Counted from the first letter of the stretch, positions 1 through 9,682 are shown. The stretch is DNA of 64,000 nt from a bacterium (GCA_965199855.1 OZ241326.1:928001-992000), one strand, 5' to 3'. The notes: generated by a model not told the origin, from the letters alone. Made by a program: numbers and translations.

Positions 1-588
1 CGCGGCCTTGCAGTTGAGCGTGTCGAAAGCCGTCTCCACCAGCAGCGCGTCCGCCCCGCCCGCGAGAAGCCCGCGGGCGGATTCGGCGTAGGCCGCCGCC
101 AGCTCCTCGAAGGTGACGTTCCTGAAGCCCGGCTCGCTCACCCGGGGCGAGATGGAGGCGGTGCGATTCGTCGGGCCCAGAACGCCCGCGACGAAGCGGG
201 GCCGCCCCTCCTTCCGCTCGAAGGCGTCGGCCGCCTCCCTGGCGAGGCGCGCCGACGCCTCGCTCAGCTCCCGGGAGAGGCCCTCCATCCGGTAATCCGA
301 GAGCGATATGGAGGTCGAGTTGAACGAATTGGTTTCGATGACGTCCGCGCCCGCCTCGAGAAAATCCGCGTGGATGCGCCTGACGACGTCGGGCCGCGTG
401 ATGCTCAGGAGGTCGTTGTTGCCCTTGAGGTCGCAGGGATGGTCGGCGAAGCGCGCGCCGCGGAAGTCGGCCTCGCCCAGATTCTCCGCCTGGATCATCG
501 TCCCCATCGCGCCGTCGATGATCGCGATGCGCGAGGCCAGAAGATCAAAGAGCGCGTCGAGCCGCGCGCCGCGTGACGCCGTTTCCAT
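1..588 (-). CDS. metH: B12-dependent methionine synthase, N-terminal homocysteine-binding domain (partial, runs off window start)
   Basis: Manual translation from ATG at 588: [33 protein letters not shown]...LKGNNDLL...IETNSFNS, the MetH N-terminal motifs. Confidence 0.9.
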   Translation of the reverse strand, partial: METASRGARLDALFDLLASRIAIIDGAMGTMIQAENLGEADFRGARFADHPCDLKGNNDLLSITRPDVVRRIHADFLEAGADVIETNSFNSTSISLSDYRMEGLSRELSEASARLAREAADAFERKEGRPRFVAGVLGPTNRTASISPRVSEPGFRNVTFEELAAAYAESARGLLAGGADALLVETAFDTLNCKAA

Positions 589-706
589 AGGTCATCCCGA
601 ATCAAGCGCTTGAAGATTCAAGCCGTGCGGGCGTTTATAGGCGATTTTCAGGCGGGAGCAAAGCGCGGACGCCAGACGGCGGGGTTCGGGGGCGCGGCGA
701 AGCGGC

Positions 707-1516
707 CTAGCCTTCCCGGCGCACCGTCTCCTCAATGAAGGCGTAGGCGTTGTGGTCGTGGATGGACTCGAAATTCTCCACCTCCACCTGAAACCAGGTG
801 ACGCGCGCGTCGTTGCGGAGCAGGAGCGCCGCCTCGCGCACCACGTCCTCCACGAAGCGGGGGTTGTCGAACGCCGTCTCGGTGACGAACTTCTCGTCCT
901 CGCGCTTCAATATCGGATAAAGGGCGCAGCTGCCCGCGCTCTCGGCGATTTCGACGAGCTCCTCTATCCAGAACTCGCCGTTGAAGCGCACCCTGATCCG
1001 CACGTGCCCCCTCTGGTTGTGCGCGCCGCGCAGGCTGATCTCCTTCGAGCACGGGCACAGCGTGGCGATGCGCACCATGATGCTCAGGATGAAGTCGTCC
1101 GCCGCGCCGGCGGAGGCGTCGAAGCCGCACTCGAGCGCCATCAGCCCCTCGGCGCCCGTCACCGGCGCCGCTTTCTGCATGAAGTAGGGGAAGGAGACCG
1201 AAAAGTGCGCCGTCTCCGCGTCGAGGCGCTCCCGAATCGTCTGAAGTATCGAGGGCACGCCGTCCACGCTGATGGCGTCCGTATGCTCGTTCAGCACCTC
1301 CAGGAAGCGGCTCATGTGGGTGCCCTTGAAGTGATGCGGCAGGTCCACGTACATGTTGATGGTGCCGATGGTGTGCTGGGCCTGCTTCGCCCTGTCCTTC
1401 ACCACGATGGGGTAGCGGATGTTCTTGACGCCCACCTTGTCTATCTTGACGTTGCGCGCATCGGCGCCGGCCTGCACGTCGGCGAGGCCGGCGGACTCTC
1501 CCGGGAGACCTGACAT
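707..1516 (-). CDS. folE2: GTP cyclohydrolase IB (FolE2)
   Basis: Motifs KGTHMSRF, TLCPCSKEIS, GAHNQRG, FVEDVVR, ESIHDHNAYA. Confidence 0.95.
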   Translation of the reverse strand: MSGLPGESAGLADVQAGADARNVKIDKVGVKNIRYPIVVKDRAKQAQHTIGTINMYVDLPHHFKGTHMSRFLEVLNEHTDAISVDGVPSILQTIRERLDAETAHFSVSFPYFMQKAAPVTGAEGLMALECGFDASAGAADDFILSIMVRIATLCPCSKEISLRGAHNQRGHVRIRVRFNGEFWIEELVEIAESAGSCALYPILKREDEKFVTETAFDNPRFVEDVVREAALLLRNDARVTWFQVEVENFESIHDHNAYAFIEETVRREG

Positions 1517-1522
1517 CGAGCC

Positions 1523-1900
1523 TCATCCCCTTTCGTCGGCTGCGGAGGCCGCGCGGTCGGCGGCCTGCCCCTCCGGCGCGCGCCTTCTTCTGCGCTCGAT
1601 TTCGGACATCTTCTCCGAAACGGCCGCGCCCAGGTCAATCCCCCGCGCGTTGGCGTAGTTCAGCGCGGCGATCACGACGTCCGCCGCCTCGTCCGCGTAG
1701 GCCGCCGGGGCGATTGCGCCGCCTCTCCATTCCTTCTTTTCGAGATTCGCGAGCTCGCCCGTCTCGCCCGCCAGCTCCAGGGCGAAAAAGCGCGGCCCGC
1801 GCGCGGGAAACGCCCTCTTCTGATACCGCTCGAACTCCGCCTGCAGGGCGCGCAGCCCCTCGTAGGAGCGCGGAAGCGGCGGAGCGTCCTCATGGCTCAC
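1523..1900 (-). CDS. MazG-like NTP pyrophosphohydrolase (probable GTG start at 1900)
   Basis: LAGETGELANLEKK...DEAADV matches the MazG-type ExxE/ExxD pattern; ends 6 nt before the folE2 start. Confidence 0.7.
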   Translation of the reverse strand: MSHEDAPPLPRSYEGLRALQAEFERYQKRAFPARGPRFFALELAGETGELANLEKKEWRGGAIAPAAYADEAADVVIAALNYANARGIDLGAAVSEKMSEIERRRRRAPEGQAADRAASAADERG

Positions 1901-2135
1901 CGGAAACCCATCCTCCACCTCATCCCGCGAGCCGGGGAATTTCCGGCTCCCCGGCGAAGACGCCCCCCCGAAGGCGGCGCGGCCGAGTGTCTCACCCCGA
2001 AACGGGGGCGTCAAACGCCGCCGCGCGATCCCGCGTTGACGCCGCGAGCCGCAGCTTCTACTCTCCCCCCGAAGCCATGCCGAAAGCGGTGCGCGCGCGA
2101 AGGCGCCCCCGGAACCCGAACGGAGGAAAACCCCG

Positions 2136-3131
2136 TTGCCCAACATCGACCTGCACCATCACATCTACATCCCGGAGGCGGAGGAGATCGCCTCCAGGGA
2201 GCGCGAACGCCGTCCCCAGCACGCCGACAGCTTCGAGGGCTTCTTCCCGCCGGTCTCCTCGCGCTACAACGCCGAGATGACGAAGGCGAACTGGGGGGTT
2301 CAGCTCGCCGACGCGGAGCGGAAGCTGAGCGACATGAAGGCGGATCGCCTCGACATGGCGCTGGTCTCCCCGCCGCCGCCCACCTTCTACTACTGGATGG
2401 GCGGGAGCGCGGGCGATGAGGTCGTCAGGGTTCAGAACGACGGCGTGGTCGATTTCTGCCGCAGGAACGCCGGGCATTTCCGGGGACTTTGCAACCTGCC
2501 CATGCAGAACGGGGGCGAGGCGGCGGCGGCCGAGCTCGGGCGCGCCATGGACAAAGGGCTGCTCGGCTGCATCATCTCCGATCGCATCGGCGCCCACGCG
2601 CTCGACGAGCCGCAGTATGAGGAATTCTGGGCGGCGGCCGAGAAGCGCGGCGCCCTGGTGTTCATCCATCCCGACTTCGCGGACTTCAAGCCCCTCTATC
2701 CCTTCTACATGGCGAACTGCGTGGGCAACCCGCTGGCCACCACGGTCGCGGCGACGCGGCTCATCCTCTCGGGACACTTCGAGCGCTACCCGAAGCTGGA
2801 AGTCATGCTCGCCCACGGGGGCGGAAACCTCCCCTGGGCCATCGGCCGCATCCAGCACTGCTGGGAGGCGCGGCCCGAGACGCGGGTTCACACGCCGCAT
2901 CCGCCGCGCCACTACTTCAAAAACCTCTATTTCGACGTCATCACCTTCAACCCCTCCGCGCTCCGGTGGATGGTCGGGGAGGTGGGCGCGGAGCGCGTCG
3001 TCTGCGGCACGGACTACCCCTACGACATGATGCAGACGCGCGTCGTGGACTTCGTGGAGGGGGCGGGCCTCGCCGAAGACGCCCAGGAGCTCATCCTGCG
3101 CGCCACGCCGGCGCGGCTCATGCGGCTGTAA
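2136..3131 (+). CDS. Amidohydrolase_2 family protein (ACMSD/decarboxylase-like)
   Basis: N-terminal DxHxH, FIHP, LAHGGG, GTDYPY motifs. Confidence 0.88.
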   Translation: MPNIDLHHHIYIPEAEEIASRERERRPQHADSFEGFFPPVSSRYNAEMTKANWGVQLADAERKLSDMKADRLDMALVSPPPPTFYYWMGGSAGDEVVRVQNDGVVDFCRRNAGHFRGLCNLPMQNGGEAAAAELGRAMDKGLLGCIISDRIGAHALDEPQYEEFWAAAEKRGALVFIHPDFADFKPLYPFYMANCVGNPLATTVAATRLILSGHFERYPKLEVMLAHGGGNLPWAIGRIQHCWEARPETRVHTPHPPRHYFKNLYFDVITFNPSALRWMVGEVGAERVVCGTDYPYDMMQTRVVDFVEGAGLAEDAQELILRATPARLMRL

Positions 3132-3185
3132 GGGGGCGGCGCGCCCCGAAAAGCCGCTCCTCTCCCGAAAATCCCGCCGCCGAAT

Positions 3186-3201
3186 TGTTCCACGTGGAAC
3201 A
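3186..3201. promoter_or_regulatory. parS (ParB-binding centromere-like site)
   Basis: Perfect 16-bp palindrome TGTTCCACGTGGAACA matching the parS consensus TGTTNCACGTGNAACA, in an intergenic region. Confidence 0.85.
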
Positions 3202-3492
3202 ATCGCGCGCGCCTGCGCGCATTTGCCCGCATTTGCGAGGCGGAGGCGGGGGCAGGCCGGGTTATATTCCTGATGCGGCGGAAGTGCGCCCGAAGAGGAG
3301 AGGAAGGCGGGCGAATCGGGGAGCGGGCGGGATCGTCAAAGGGGCCTCTAAGGGGTCGAAAAAGGACGGGAAACAGCTGCGTATTTGTCTATATCGGCCT
3401 TGAATTTGTCTGATTTTGTCGAAATTCATTCGCGCCTTTCGCAACGGATGAAAACCCCTCTGAACTTCCGAAGAAATCCCGCCGCGGCTCCC

Positions 3493-3647
3493 GTAGGGGC
3501 GGTTCGGGAACCGCCCGCCCGTGGCCGCCGGAGCGAGGCGGAACGCATGAATGGAAGCGCTCTCGCGCTTCACCTACGGGGCCGGGAGCCGGTTTTCCGG
3601 GGTGGACGGAGAAACGCCATTTCGTAGGGGGCGCATATATGCGCCCC
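3493..3647. repeat. GTAG-family REP cluster
   Basis: GTAGGGGCGGTTCGGGAACCGCCC (3493) and GTAGGGGGCGCATATATGCGCCCC (3624); both motifs recur across the window. Confidence 0.8.
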
Positions 3648-3690
3648 GCGTCGTTTCCCGTTGACGGCGGGGTGGGCGCCAGGGCGCGGC

Positions 3691-4227
3691 TTATTTCAGC
3701 AATCGAGGGTTTTCAGTCAGAATGGATAGTCCCTGATATTTGAAATCGCCGTCATGCGTCACCAGCGTTAGCCCCTCCCTTTTGCACAATTCCGCTATAA
3801 CCTGATCGTTGAAATCGAACCTCCCCATGCCATAGTCATGGAGCAAATCATTTATGGGCAATCCTTCAAATCCGCTTTCCACCCGCGCGCAACAGTTCAA
3901 TACACGCCCGGACTGAACAGCGATTTCCCGAGCGACTGACTTGAAAAGCGGACTGTTCCGAAACGCCTTGAACTTCATCTCGGGCGCTTCATGTTTCAAT
4001 CGCAACCTGGCATATGTGTTGATGAATTCTGAAATGACGAGGACATCGATATAGAGGCGGCTCTTCACATTGCAAATATCATTGAAAGCTCGGGAATACG
4101 CTTCTATTTGGGGAGAAGGTTTTTGCGCGTCAGGGCAAAAGATGCAAAGCCAGATGTTGGCATCCAAGAACAACCGATCTTCGGAGGTGAATTCGTAGTC
4201 TCTTACCCTCCTAATCCTATGAGTCAT
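3691..4227 (-). CDS. PIN-domain ribonuclease
   Basis: LFLDANIW, VISEFIN, DFNDQVI, LVTHDGDF: PIN acidic residues; start overlaps the upstream gene's stop. Confidence 0.88.
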   Translation of the reverse strand: MTHRIRRVRDYEFTSEDRLFLDANIWLCIFCPDAQKPSPQIEAYSRAFNDICNVKSRLYIDVLVISEFINTYARLRLKHEAPEMKFKAFRNSPLFKSVAREIAVQSGRVLNCCARVESGFEGLPINDLLHDYGMGRFDFNDQVIAELCKREGLTLVTHDGDFKYQGLSILTENPRLLK

Positions 4228-4585
4228 CGTCTCCGTCTTCCAGAACGTCCCGTATCCTCTGATCATGCCCCTCCGGGTCCTTGAAATACCGCTTGGCGGT
4301 CTCCACGACGCGCTTCAGCAGCTCCGCGTCATCGGGCTCCATATCCGCGACGTTGAGAGAGGCGCGAATCTGCTCCTCATCGAACTTCCCGTACAACTGG
4401 CCGATCGCGGTGTTCAAAAAAGCCGAGGTCAGCAAAGCCACGTTGCGGAATGAAAGCACCGCGCCGCGCCCCTGCTCAATAACCGGAGCGAGACGCTCAT
4501 AGACCTTCTGGCCATCGCCGGAGGAGACGCAGAGAGGACTGCCCACCACTTCGTAAATCGATATGTTCATGGATTTTTCCGCCAT
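4217..4585 (-). CDS. STAS-like (DUF4325-type) protein
   Basis: DGQKVYERL...VLSFRNVALLTSAFLNTAIGQLY; 122 aa. Confidence 0.82.
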   Translation of the reverse strand: MAEKSMNISIYEVVGSPLCVSSGDGQKVYERLAPVIEQGRGAVLSFRNVALLTSAFLNTAIGQLYGKFDEEQIRASLNVADMEPDDAELLKRVVETAKRYFKDPEGHDQRIRDVLEDGDDDS

Positions 4586-4596
4586 CGCCTCCTCAC

Positions 4597-5514
4597 TTAG
4601 AAAATGTCATCGACGCTCACTTCGGAAGCGAGACCGTAAGAGCGAGTATCCGCCGTGTTGATTTCCAGGCTGACTACGGTGCCGGGAAACGGGCGGCTCA
4701 ATTTCGCGGTAAAGATATCGCTTTTCTTCTTTTGCCAATACCCATCGTCCGACACGATGCGAATGCAGCCCTCATTCAACGCGATAAACTCGCCTAGCAG
4801 CTTCAGCCCCAAACCGCCCGGCACCCCTTCCCGTCTGGGCTTTGTCGTATTGTTTTCCTGCGTGGCCCAGTCAATCGCCTCCTCCGATGAGAGATGAAGA
4901 CCGGTGCAATTCTCCACGTTTCGCCGTATCCCGACTCCCAGGTCGGCCAACGTCAAACAGAGTTTTTCCTGCTTCGGGTAAAACTGCCCGCAACTGAATA
5001 TCCCCAACGCAGTTGCTGAATGAAGCACGGCGTTGCTGAATATCTCGAAAATACCCTCTTGAAATTTTTTCGCCAACCCCGGCGACATCGCGGGCATCTC
5101 GGGACGATGGATAAACTCATCTTCGACATAGGCGGAGAAATGACGTCCATCCTCCACGTCGAATCGCCGATAGGAAATCGTCGTTCCGCGAGAGTCCGGA
5201 ATTCGCGCCCGTCCATAGTGACTCAGAAAACCGTTTCTTGAAAGAACGTCTTCCACCTTCTCGGCTATATTGAGCAAACGGATTGTATTCGGACTGTTTC
5301 CAAGGCTATACAGGACGGCGCCGAACGCCGCGCACATTTCGGCTTGAACCCACTGCGTTCTGGACATATCAATTTCTATATCTTCAAAACAACAGGCGCT
5401 GGCGCTCGCATGAAGGCTCGCCAAAGCGTCAAAACCCTCCCAGCCCTCCAGATCTGCCCAGTCGATGTCAATATCTGGCAAGAAATATCTCACGCCGGAG
5501 CCTCGTCGAAGCAA
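4597..5514 (-). CDS. HATPase_c (GHKL/anti-sigma kinase-like) ATP-binding protein
   Basis: N box EIFSNAVLH, G1 DLGVGI, G2 GGLGL, PGTVV; start codon uncertain. Confidence 0.8.
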   Translation of the reverse strand: MLRRGSGVRYFLPDIDIDWADLEGWEGFDALASLHASASACCFEDIEIDMSRTQWVQAEMCAAFGAVLYSLGNSPNTIRLLNIAEKVEDVLSRNGFLSHYGRARIPDSRGTTISYRRFDVEDGRHFSAYVEDEFIHRPEMPAMSPGLAKKFQEGIFEIFSNAVLHSATALGIFSCGQFYPKQEKLCLTLADLGVGIRRNVENCTGLHLSSEEAIDWATQENNTTKPRREGVPGGLGLKLLGEFIALNEGCIRIVSDDGYWQKKKSDIFTAKLSRPFPGTVVSLEINTADTRSYGLASEVSVDDIF

Positions 5515-5694
5515 TGAAATAACGGGAGCGAATGCTGGCGATCACCCAACCGCAATGGGCGCGCGCAGCCTCGCCTTGAATGAAAATAAAGCGCGATTCG
5601 CCCGTTGTCCAATCCCCCTCCCCCTTGCGCTTCGGGGCGCGTTCGTCTCTAATGGGGCGCGAGCTTCTCCCGTTCTCCCGCCATCGGAGCGACC

Positions 5695-6345
5695 ATGAGA
5701 CAATCGGACGAATTCGACAGGCCGCCGGGCCCGCTCTTCGGACTCTGGAGCGCGTTCTACATCGACAAGTGGAAGTTCCTGAAGCGCAACCTCATGGGGT
5801 ATCGCAAGGAGCGCAAGACGGCGTTCCGAGACGCCCTGAAGCCGGGCGACCCGATGCCCGACGTGCGGCTGAAGACCACGAGCGATGAGGCGTTCGACCT
5901 CTCGGACTTCTTCGGGAAGAAGAACATCGTCATCGAATTCGGCGCCATCACCTGACCCCCCTACCGCCGGCAGGTGGCCGGCGCGGAGGCGCTGCGCGAG
6001 AAGTATCGGGACAGGGACGTGGTCTTCTTCGTCGTCTATTCCAAGGAGCCGCACGCCGGAGAAACCCGCCACTTCCGCAAATACGAGCAGCACAAGACCT
6101 ACGGGCACAAGAAGCGATACGCGCAGGAGCTCGTGGCGGAATTCGGCATGAGGACGCCCGTGCTCATCGACGACCTGGACGAGAGCGTCGTGCGCGCCTT
6201 CGGGCGGATGCCGAACATGACCTTCATCGTCGACAAGGAAGGGCGCATCGCCTACAAGTCCGACTGGATGGAGGCTTCGCGCGTGGAGGAGATGCTGGAC
6301 GCCCTCCTCGCCGAGCAGGAGGCCGGGGCGGCCGCGCCCGCCTGA
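5695..6345 (+). CDS. Deiodinase-like thioredoxin-fold selenoprotein (Sec at TGA 5953-5955), 216 aa
   Basis: ORFs 5695-5955 and 5974-6345 are in frame; readthrough gives VIEFGAIT-U-PPY...VYSKEPH, like deiodinase FGSxTUPPF...YIxEAH; SECIS follows; selA and selB are in the window. Confidence 0.88.
5965..5983 (+). promoter_or_regulatory. Bacterial SECIS hairpin
   Basis: CGCCGGC-AGGTG-GCCGGCG stem-loop; first loop G is 18 nt after the UGA. Confidence 0.75.
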
Positions 6346-6420
6346 CCGGAGAAGTCCCGCGGGCGGAGGAGGAGCGTAGGCCGGGCGGAGGCGGCGCAAG
6401 GCTTCGTCCCCTATGCGCGA

Positions 6421-6449
6421 GGGCGGCCCCGGCGGCGGGCCGCCCTTTT
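6421..6449 (+). terminator. Putative intrinsic terminator
   Basis: GGGCGGCCC...GGGCCGCCC followed by TTTT. Confidence 0.5.
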
Positions 6450-6560
6450 CGCTTTCCGCGTGAACGCCGACCTCCCGGAATGGCGAGGCGAGAGCGAGTC
6501 GATTCGGGGAAAAGAGCGCCATCGCCGCCCGCACGGGAGCGTCCCCGGGCGCCGCAAGGG

Positions 6561-7670
6561 ATGAAAGCCATGCCCACGGACTCCATCGAATACGCATGGT
6601 TTCTGCCGACGGGAAGATACGGCGACGGCAGGACGATCAACGCCGAGACGCCCGAACGCCCCCCGACGGTGGAATACGTCACCGAGGTGGCGCGCGCGGC
6701 CGAGGAGGCGGGCTTCACGAATCTCCTCGTCCCCACCGGCACGCACTGCCTGGACGCCTGGATGATCACCCTCGCCGTCGCCCAGCGCGTGGAGCGCATC
6801 AGGTTCTGCGTGGCCTTCCGCCCCGGGCTGGCGAGTCCGGTGCTCACCGCCCAGCAGGCGAACACCTACGACGCGATCACGGGCGGGCGGCTGACGGTGA
6901 ACGTCGTGACCGGCTCGACCCCCGTGGATCAGAAGCGATACGGCGACCACCTGGCGCACGAGGAGCGCTACGCGCGGACGGAGGAGTTTCTCGACGTCGT
7001 CAGGGCGATCTGGCGGAGCGAGGCGCCCGTGAGCTACGAGGGGGTTTACTACAGAATCGAGAACGCCGCCCTCTACGCCCGCCCCGTCTCGAAGCCGCAC
7101 CCGACCATCTACCTGGGCGGCAGCTCGGAGGCGGGCCGGCGCGTGGGCGCCAAGCACGCCGACGTGCACATGACGTGGGCGGCCGCGCCCGAGCAGGCGG
7201 CCGCCGACGCCGCCGACATGCGCCGCCGGGCGCGCGAACTGGGCCGCGATGACTTGCGCTTCGGCCTTCGCCTGCACGTGCTCTGCCGCGAGACGAGGAA
7301 AGAGGCCAGACGCGCCGCCGAGGCGCTGATAGAGGAGAGCGCGCTTGCGAACACGCGGGTGTGGGCGGACCAGCGCAACCGCTCCGAGAGCGAGGGCCAG
7401 CGGCGCATGAACGCGCTCGGCGAGGGCAGCTCCCCCTGGCTGACGGACACCATCTGGATGGGCGTGAACAGGGTGCGCTCGGGGGCGGCCGCCACGCTGG
7501 TGGGAACCCCCGACATGGTGGCCGCGGCCCTCGGGGAATACGCGGAGGCGGGGGCGCGGAGCTTCATCCTCTCGGGCTGGCCGCACCTGGAGGAGGCGGA
7601 GATTTTCGGCCGCGAGGTCATGCCGCTGCTGGCGGACGCGCGGCCCGCCACGCCGGGGGAGGCGCGATGA
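6561..7670 (+). CDS. LLM-class flavin-dependent monooxygenase (SsuD/MsuD-like)
   Basis: WFLPT-GD, ARAAEEAGF, VAFRPG, GGRLTVNVVTG, YLGGSS, FILSGWPHLEEA. Confidence 0.9.
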   Translation: MKAMPTDSIEYAWFLPTGRYGDGRTINAETPERPPTVEYVTEVARAAEEAGFTNLLVPTGTHCLDAWMITLAVAQRVERIRFCVAFRPGLASPVLTAQQANTYDAITGGRLTVNVVTGSTPVDQKRYGDHLAHEERYARTEEFLDVVRAIWRSEAPVSYEGVYYRIENAALYARPVSKPHPTIYLGGSSEAGRRVGAKHADVHMTWAAAPEQAAADAADMRRRARELGRDDLRFGLRLHVLCRETRKEARRAAEALIEESALANTRVWADQRNRSESEGQRRMNALGEGSSPWLTDTIWMGVNRVRSGAAATLVGTPDMVAAALGEYAEAGARSFILSGWPHLEEAEIFGREVMPLLADARPATPGEAR

Positions 7671-8347
7671 GCAGCCGCGCGTTCGACGCGGGCGAGCTGG
7701 ACCACCAGCAGACCTATCGCCTGCTCATCGGCTCCGTCGTCCCCCGGCCCATCGCCTGGGTGAGCTCGATCAGCGCGGCGGGCGCGCCCAATCTGGCGCC
7801 CTTCAGCTTCTTCACCATGGTCTCGCACCATCCGTCCATGGCGTCCCTCTCCGTCGGCGAGCGCGGAAAGCGGCCCAAGGACACGACGCGCAACATTCTG
7901 GAGACGAAGGGCTACGTCATCCACGCGGTGACGGAGGGCTGGGAGGAGGCGATGAACGAGAGCGCGGCGAACCTGGCGCCCGGGGAGAGCGAGTTCGAGG
8001 CGGCGGGCCTCGCGGCCGTCCCCTCCGATCTGGTCGCCGCCCCGCGCCTCAAGGGCGCGCCGATCGCCATGGAGTGCCGCTTCGAGCGCATGATTCCCTT
8101 CGGCAGCGAGTGGGTGACGCACCTCGTCATCGGAGAGGTGCTGAGGTGGCACGTGCGCGAGGATTTGATCATCGAGGAGGACGGCAAGCAATACATCGAC
8201 CCCGCCAGGCTCCGGCCCGTGGGCAGGCTGGGCGGCCCGAAATACTGCCGGACGCGGGAGATTTTCGAGATGCGCGCCCCCTACGTCACCCCCGACAGGG
8301 CGCACCCCAACGCGCCCGCCCCGGGCGAGGCGCCCCGCTCGGGGTGA
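7667..8347 (+). CDS. Flavin reductase-like FMN-binding protein
   Basis: VVPRPIAWVSS, NLAPFSFF, KDTTRNI, GRLGG; ATGA overlap with the LLM gene. Confidence 0.88.
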   Translation: MSSRAFDAGELDHQQTYRLLIGSVVPRPIAWVSSISAAGAPNLAPFSFFTMVSHHPSMASLSVGERGKRPKDTTRNILETKGYVIHAVTEGWEEAMNESAANLAPGESEFEAAGLAAVPSDLVAAPRLKGAPIAMECRFERMIPFGSEWVTHLVIGEVLRWHVREDLIIEEDGKQYIDPARLRPVGRLGGPKYCRTREIFEMRAPYVTPDRAHPNAPAPGEAPRSG

Positions 8348-8440
8348 CGCGGCGGCTCCCTTGAGGGCGCCTCTCCCCGGCTGGTATCATCGCGCGCGGA
8401 CGCCTCCCCCGCTTTCGGACAAATCCTCAAGGAGAACGCT

Positions 8441-8914
8441 ATGAAAAAAGCCCTCGCGGCGGCCGCCGTCCTCGTCATCCTTCTCGCCGCGGGCGTCCCC
8501 CGCGCGGAGAAGGCCGCGCCGACGGACGACGCCCTCTCCGGGCACATGGTCGCCGAGGCGATGCTGACCGCCCACTTCATCGACGCCGCGCTCAGGGCGG
8601 GCATGAGCCGCGAGGCCATCAACGCCGTTCTCGCCAAAATAGCCGCGCGGTCGGCGATCTCCGAGTTCTGGATCAGCGACGAGGCGGGCCGCGTGGAATT
8701 CACGAACGTCAGGGGCGCGAACTTCCGGTTTCCGACCGACCCGAAGGCCGGGACCCAGGCGGCGCCCTTCGCCGCGCTGCTGGGCGGCGGGGCGCGCGTG
8801 GTCGTCCAGGGGTTTCAGCCGCGCGAACTCGACGCCGCCCTCTTCAAATACGTGGGCGCGGCGGGGGTGGACAAGCCCCGGATCGTTCAAGTTGGCGTAT
8901 CCGCCGGCAAATAG
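8441..8914 (+). CDS. Secreted hypothetical protein resembling a stand-alone extracellular sensor (Cache-like) domain
   Basis: Signal peptide and RBS AAGGAG; ISEFWISDEAG...FKYVG...PRIVQVG. Confidence 0.65.
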   Translation: MKKALAAAAVLVILLAAGVPRAEKAAPTDDALSGHMVAEAMLTAHFIDAALRAGMSREAINAVLAKIAARSAISEFWISDEAGRVEFTNVRGANFRFPTDPKAGTQAAPFAALLGGGARVVVQGFQPRELDAALFKYVGAAGVDKPRIVQVGVSAGK

Positions 8915-8947
8915 CCGCGCCCGGGCGCGGCGCGGAGCCTCCGGCGC

Positions 8948-9607
8948 GTGAGCGGGATGGACGAGTCCCTCATCCGCCGGATGGCCGAGGAGCCGCTCGA
9001 CCCGGCGAGCGCGGCGGCCCATCCCCTCGCGCAGTTTCGCCGCTGGTACGCCGACGTCCGAAGAGCCGGCGTCCCCCGGGAAGACGCGATGACGCTCGCC
9101 ACCGTCGGGCCCGACGGCGCCCCCGCCGCCCGCGTCGTCCTCTACAAGACGCCCGACAGCCTGGGCGTTGCGGACGAGGGCTTTCCCTTCTTCACCAACT
9201 GCGAGAGCGACAAGGCGCGGCAGCTGGCGGGCGAGCCCCGGTGCGCCGTCGTCTTCCACTGGAAGGAGCCGGGGCGCCAGGTGCGCGCCGAGGGCGCGGC
9301 GGAGAGGCTGCCCGACCGCGTTTCGGACGCCTACTTCGCCTCCCGCCCGCGCGGAAGCCAGGCGGGGGCGTGGGCGTCGCCCCAGAGCCGGGCGATTCCC
9401 TCGCGCGCCTTCCTGGAGGAGAGAATCCGCGCCCTGGAGGAGGAATTCGCGGGCCGCGGCGTCCCGCGCCCCCCCCACTGGGGCGGCTACATTCTCAAGC
9501 CCCGCCTCGTGGAGTTCTGGCAGCACCGGGAGAGCCGCCTGCACGACCGCGTGCGCTACGCCCTGGAAGCGAGCGGGGAATGGCGCGCCGAGCGCCTTGG
9601 GCCGTGA
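8948..9607 (+). CDS. pdxH: Pyridoxine/pyridoxamine 5'-phosphate oxidase
   Basis: AMTLATV, RQVR.EG, YFASRPRGSQ.GAWAS.QS, WGGY, EFWQ..RLHDR. Confidence 0.93.
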   Translation: MSGMDESLIRRMAEEPLDPASAAAHPLAQFRRWYADVRRAGVPREDAMTLATVGPDGAPAARVVLYKTPDSLGVADEGFPFFTNCESDKARQLAGEPRCAVVFHWKEPGRQVRAEGAAERLPDRVSDAYFASRPRGSQAGAWASPQSRAIPSRAFLEERIRALEEEFAGRGVPRPPHWGGYILKPRLVEFWQHRESRLHDRVRYALEASGEWRAERLGP

Positions 9608-9682
9608 GGGGGAATTCCGAGGCTTTTTAGCCGACATCCCGCTCTGTCGAGCGGCGTGACCCCGGTTTTTCCAATCCCCCCC

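Noticed and set aside
3132-3490. oriC in the intergenic gap with parS
   Set aside because: No DnaA-box cluster (TTATCCACA) or clear unwinding element seen.
5695-6345. Pseudogene or two separate genes
   Set aside because: The TGA falls at the catalytic position and is followed by a SECIS-like hairpin; selA and selB are present.
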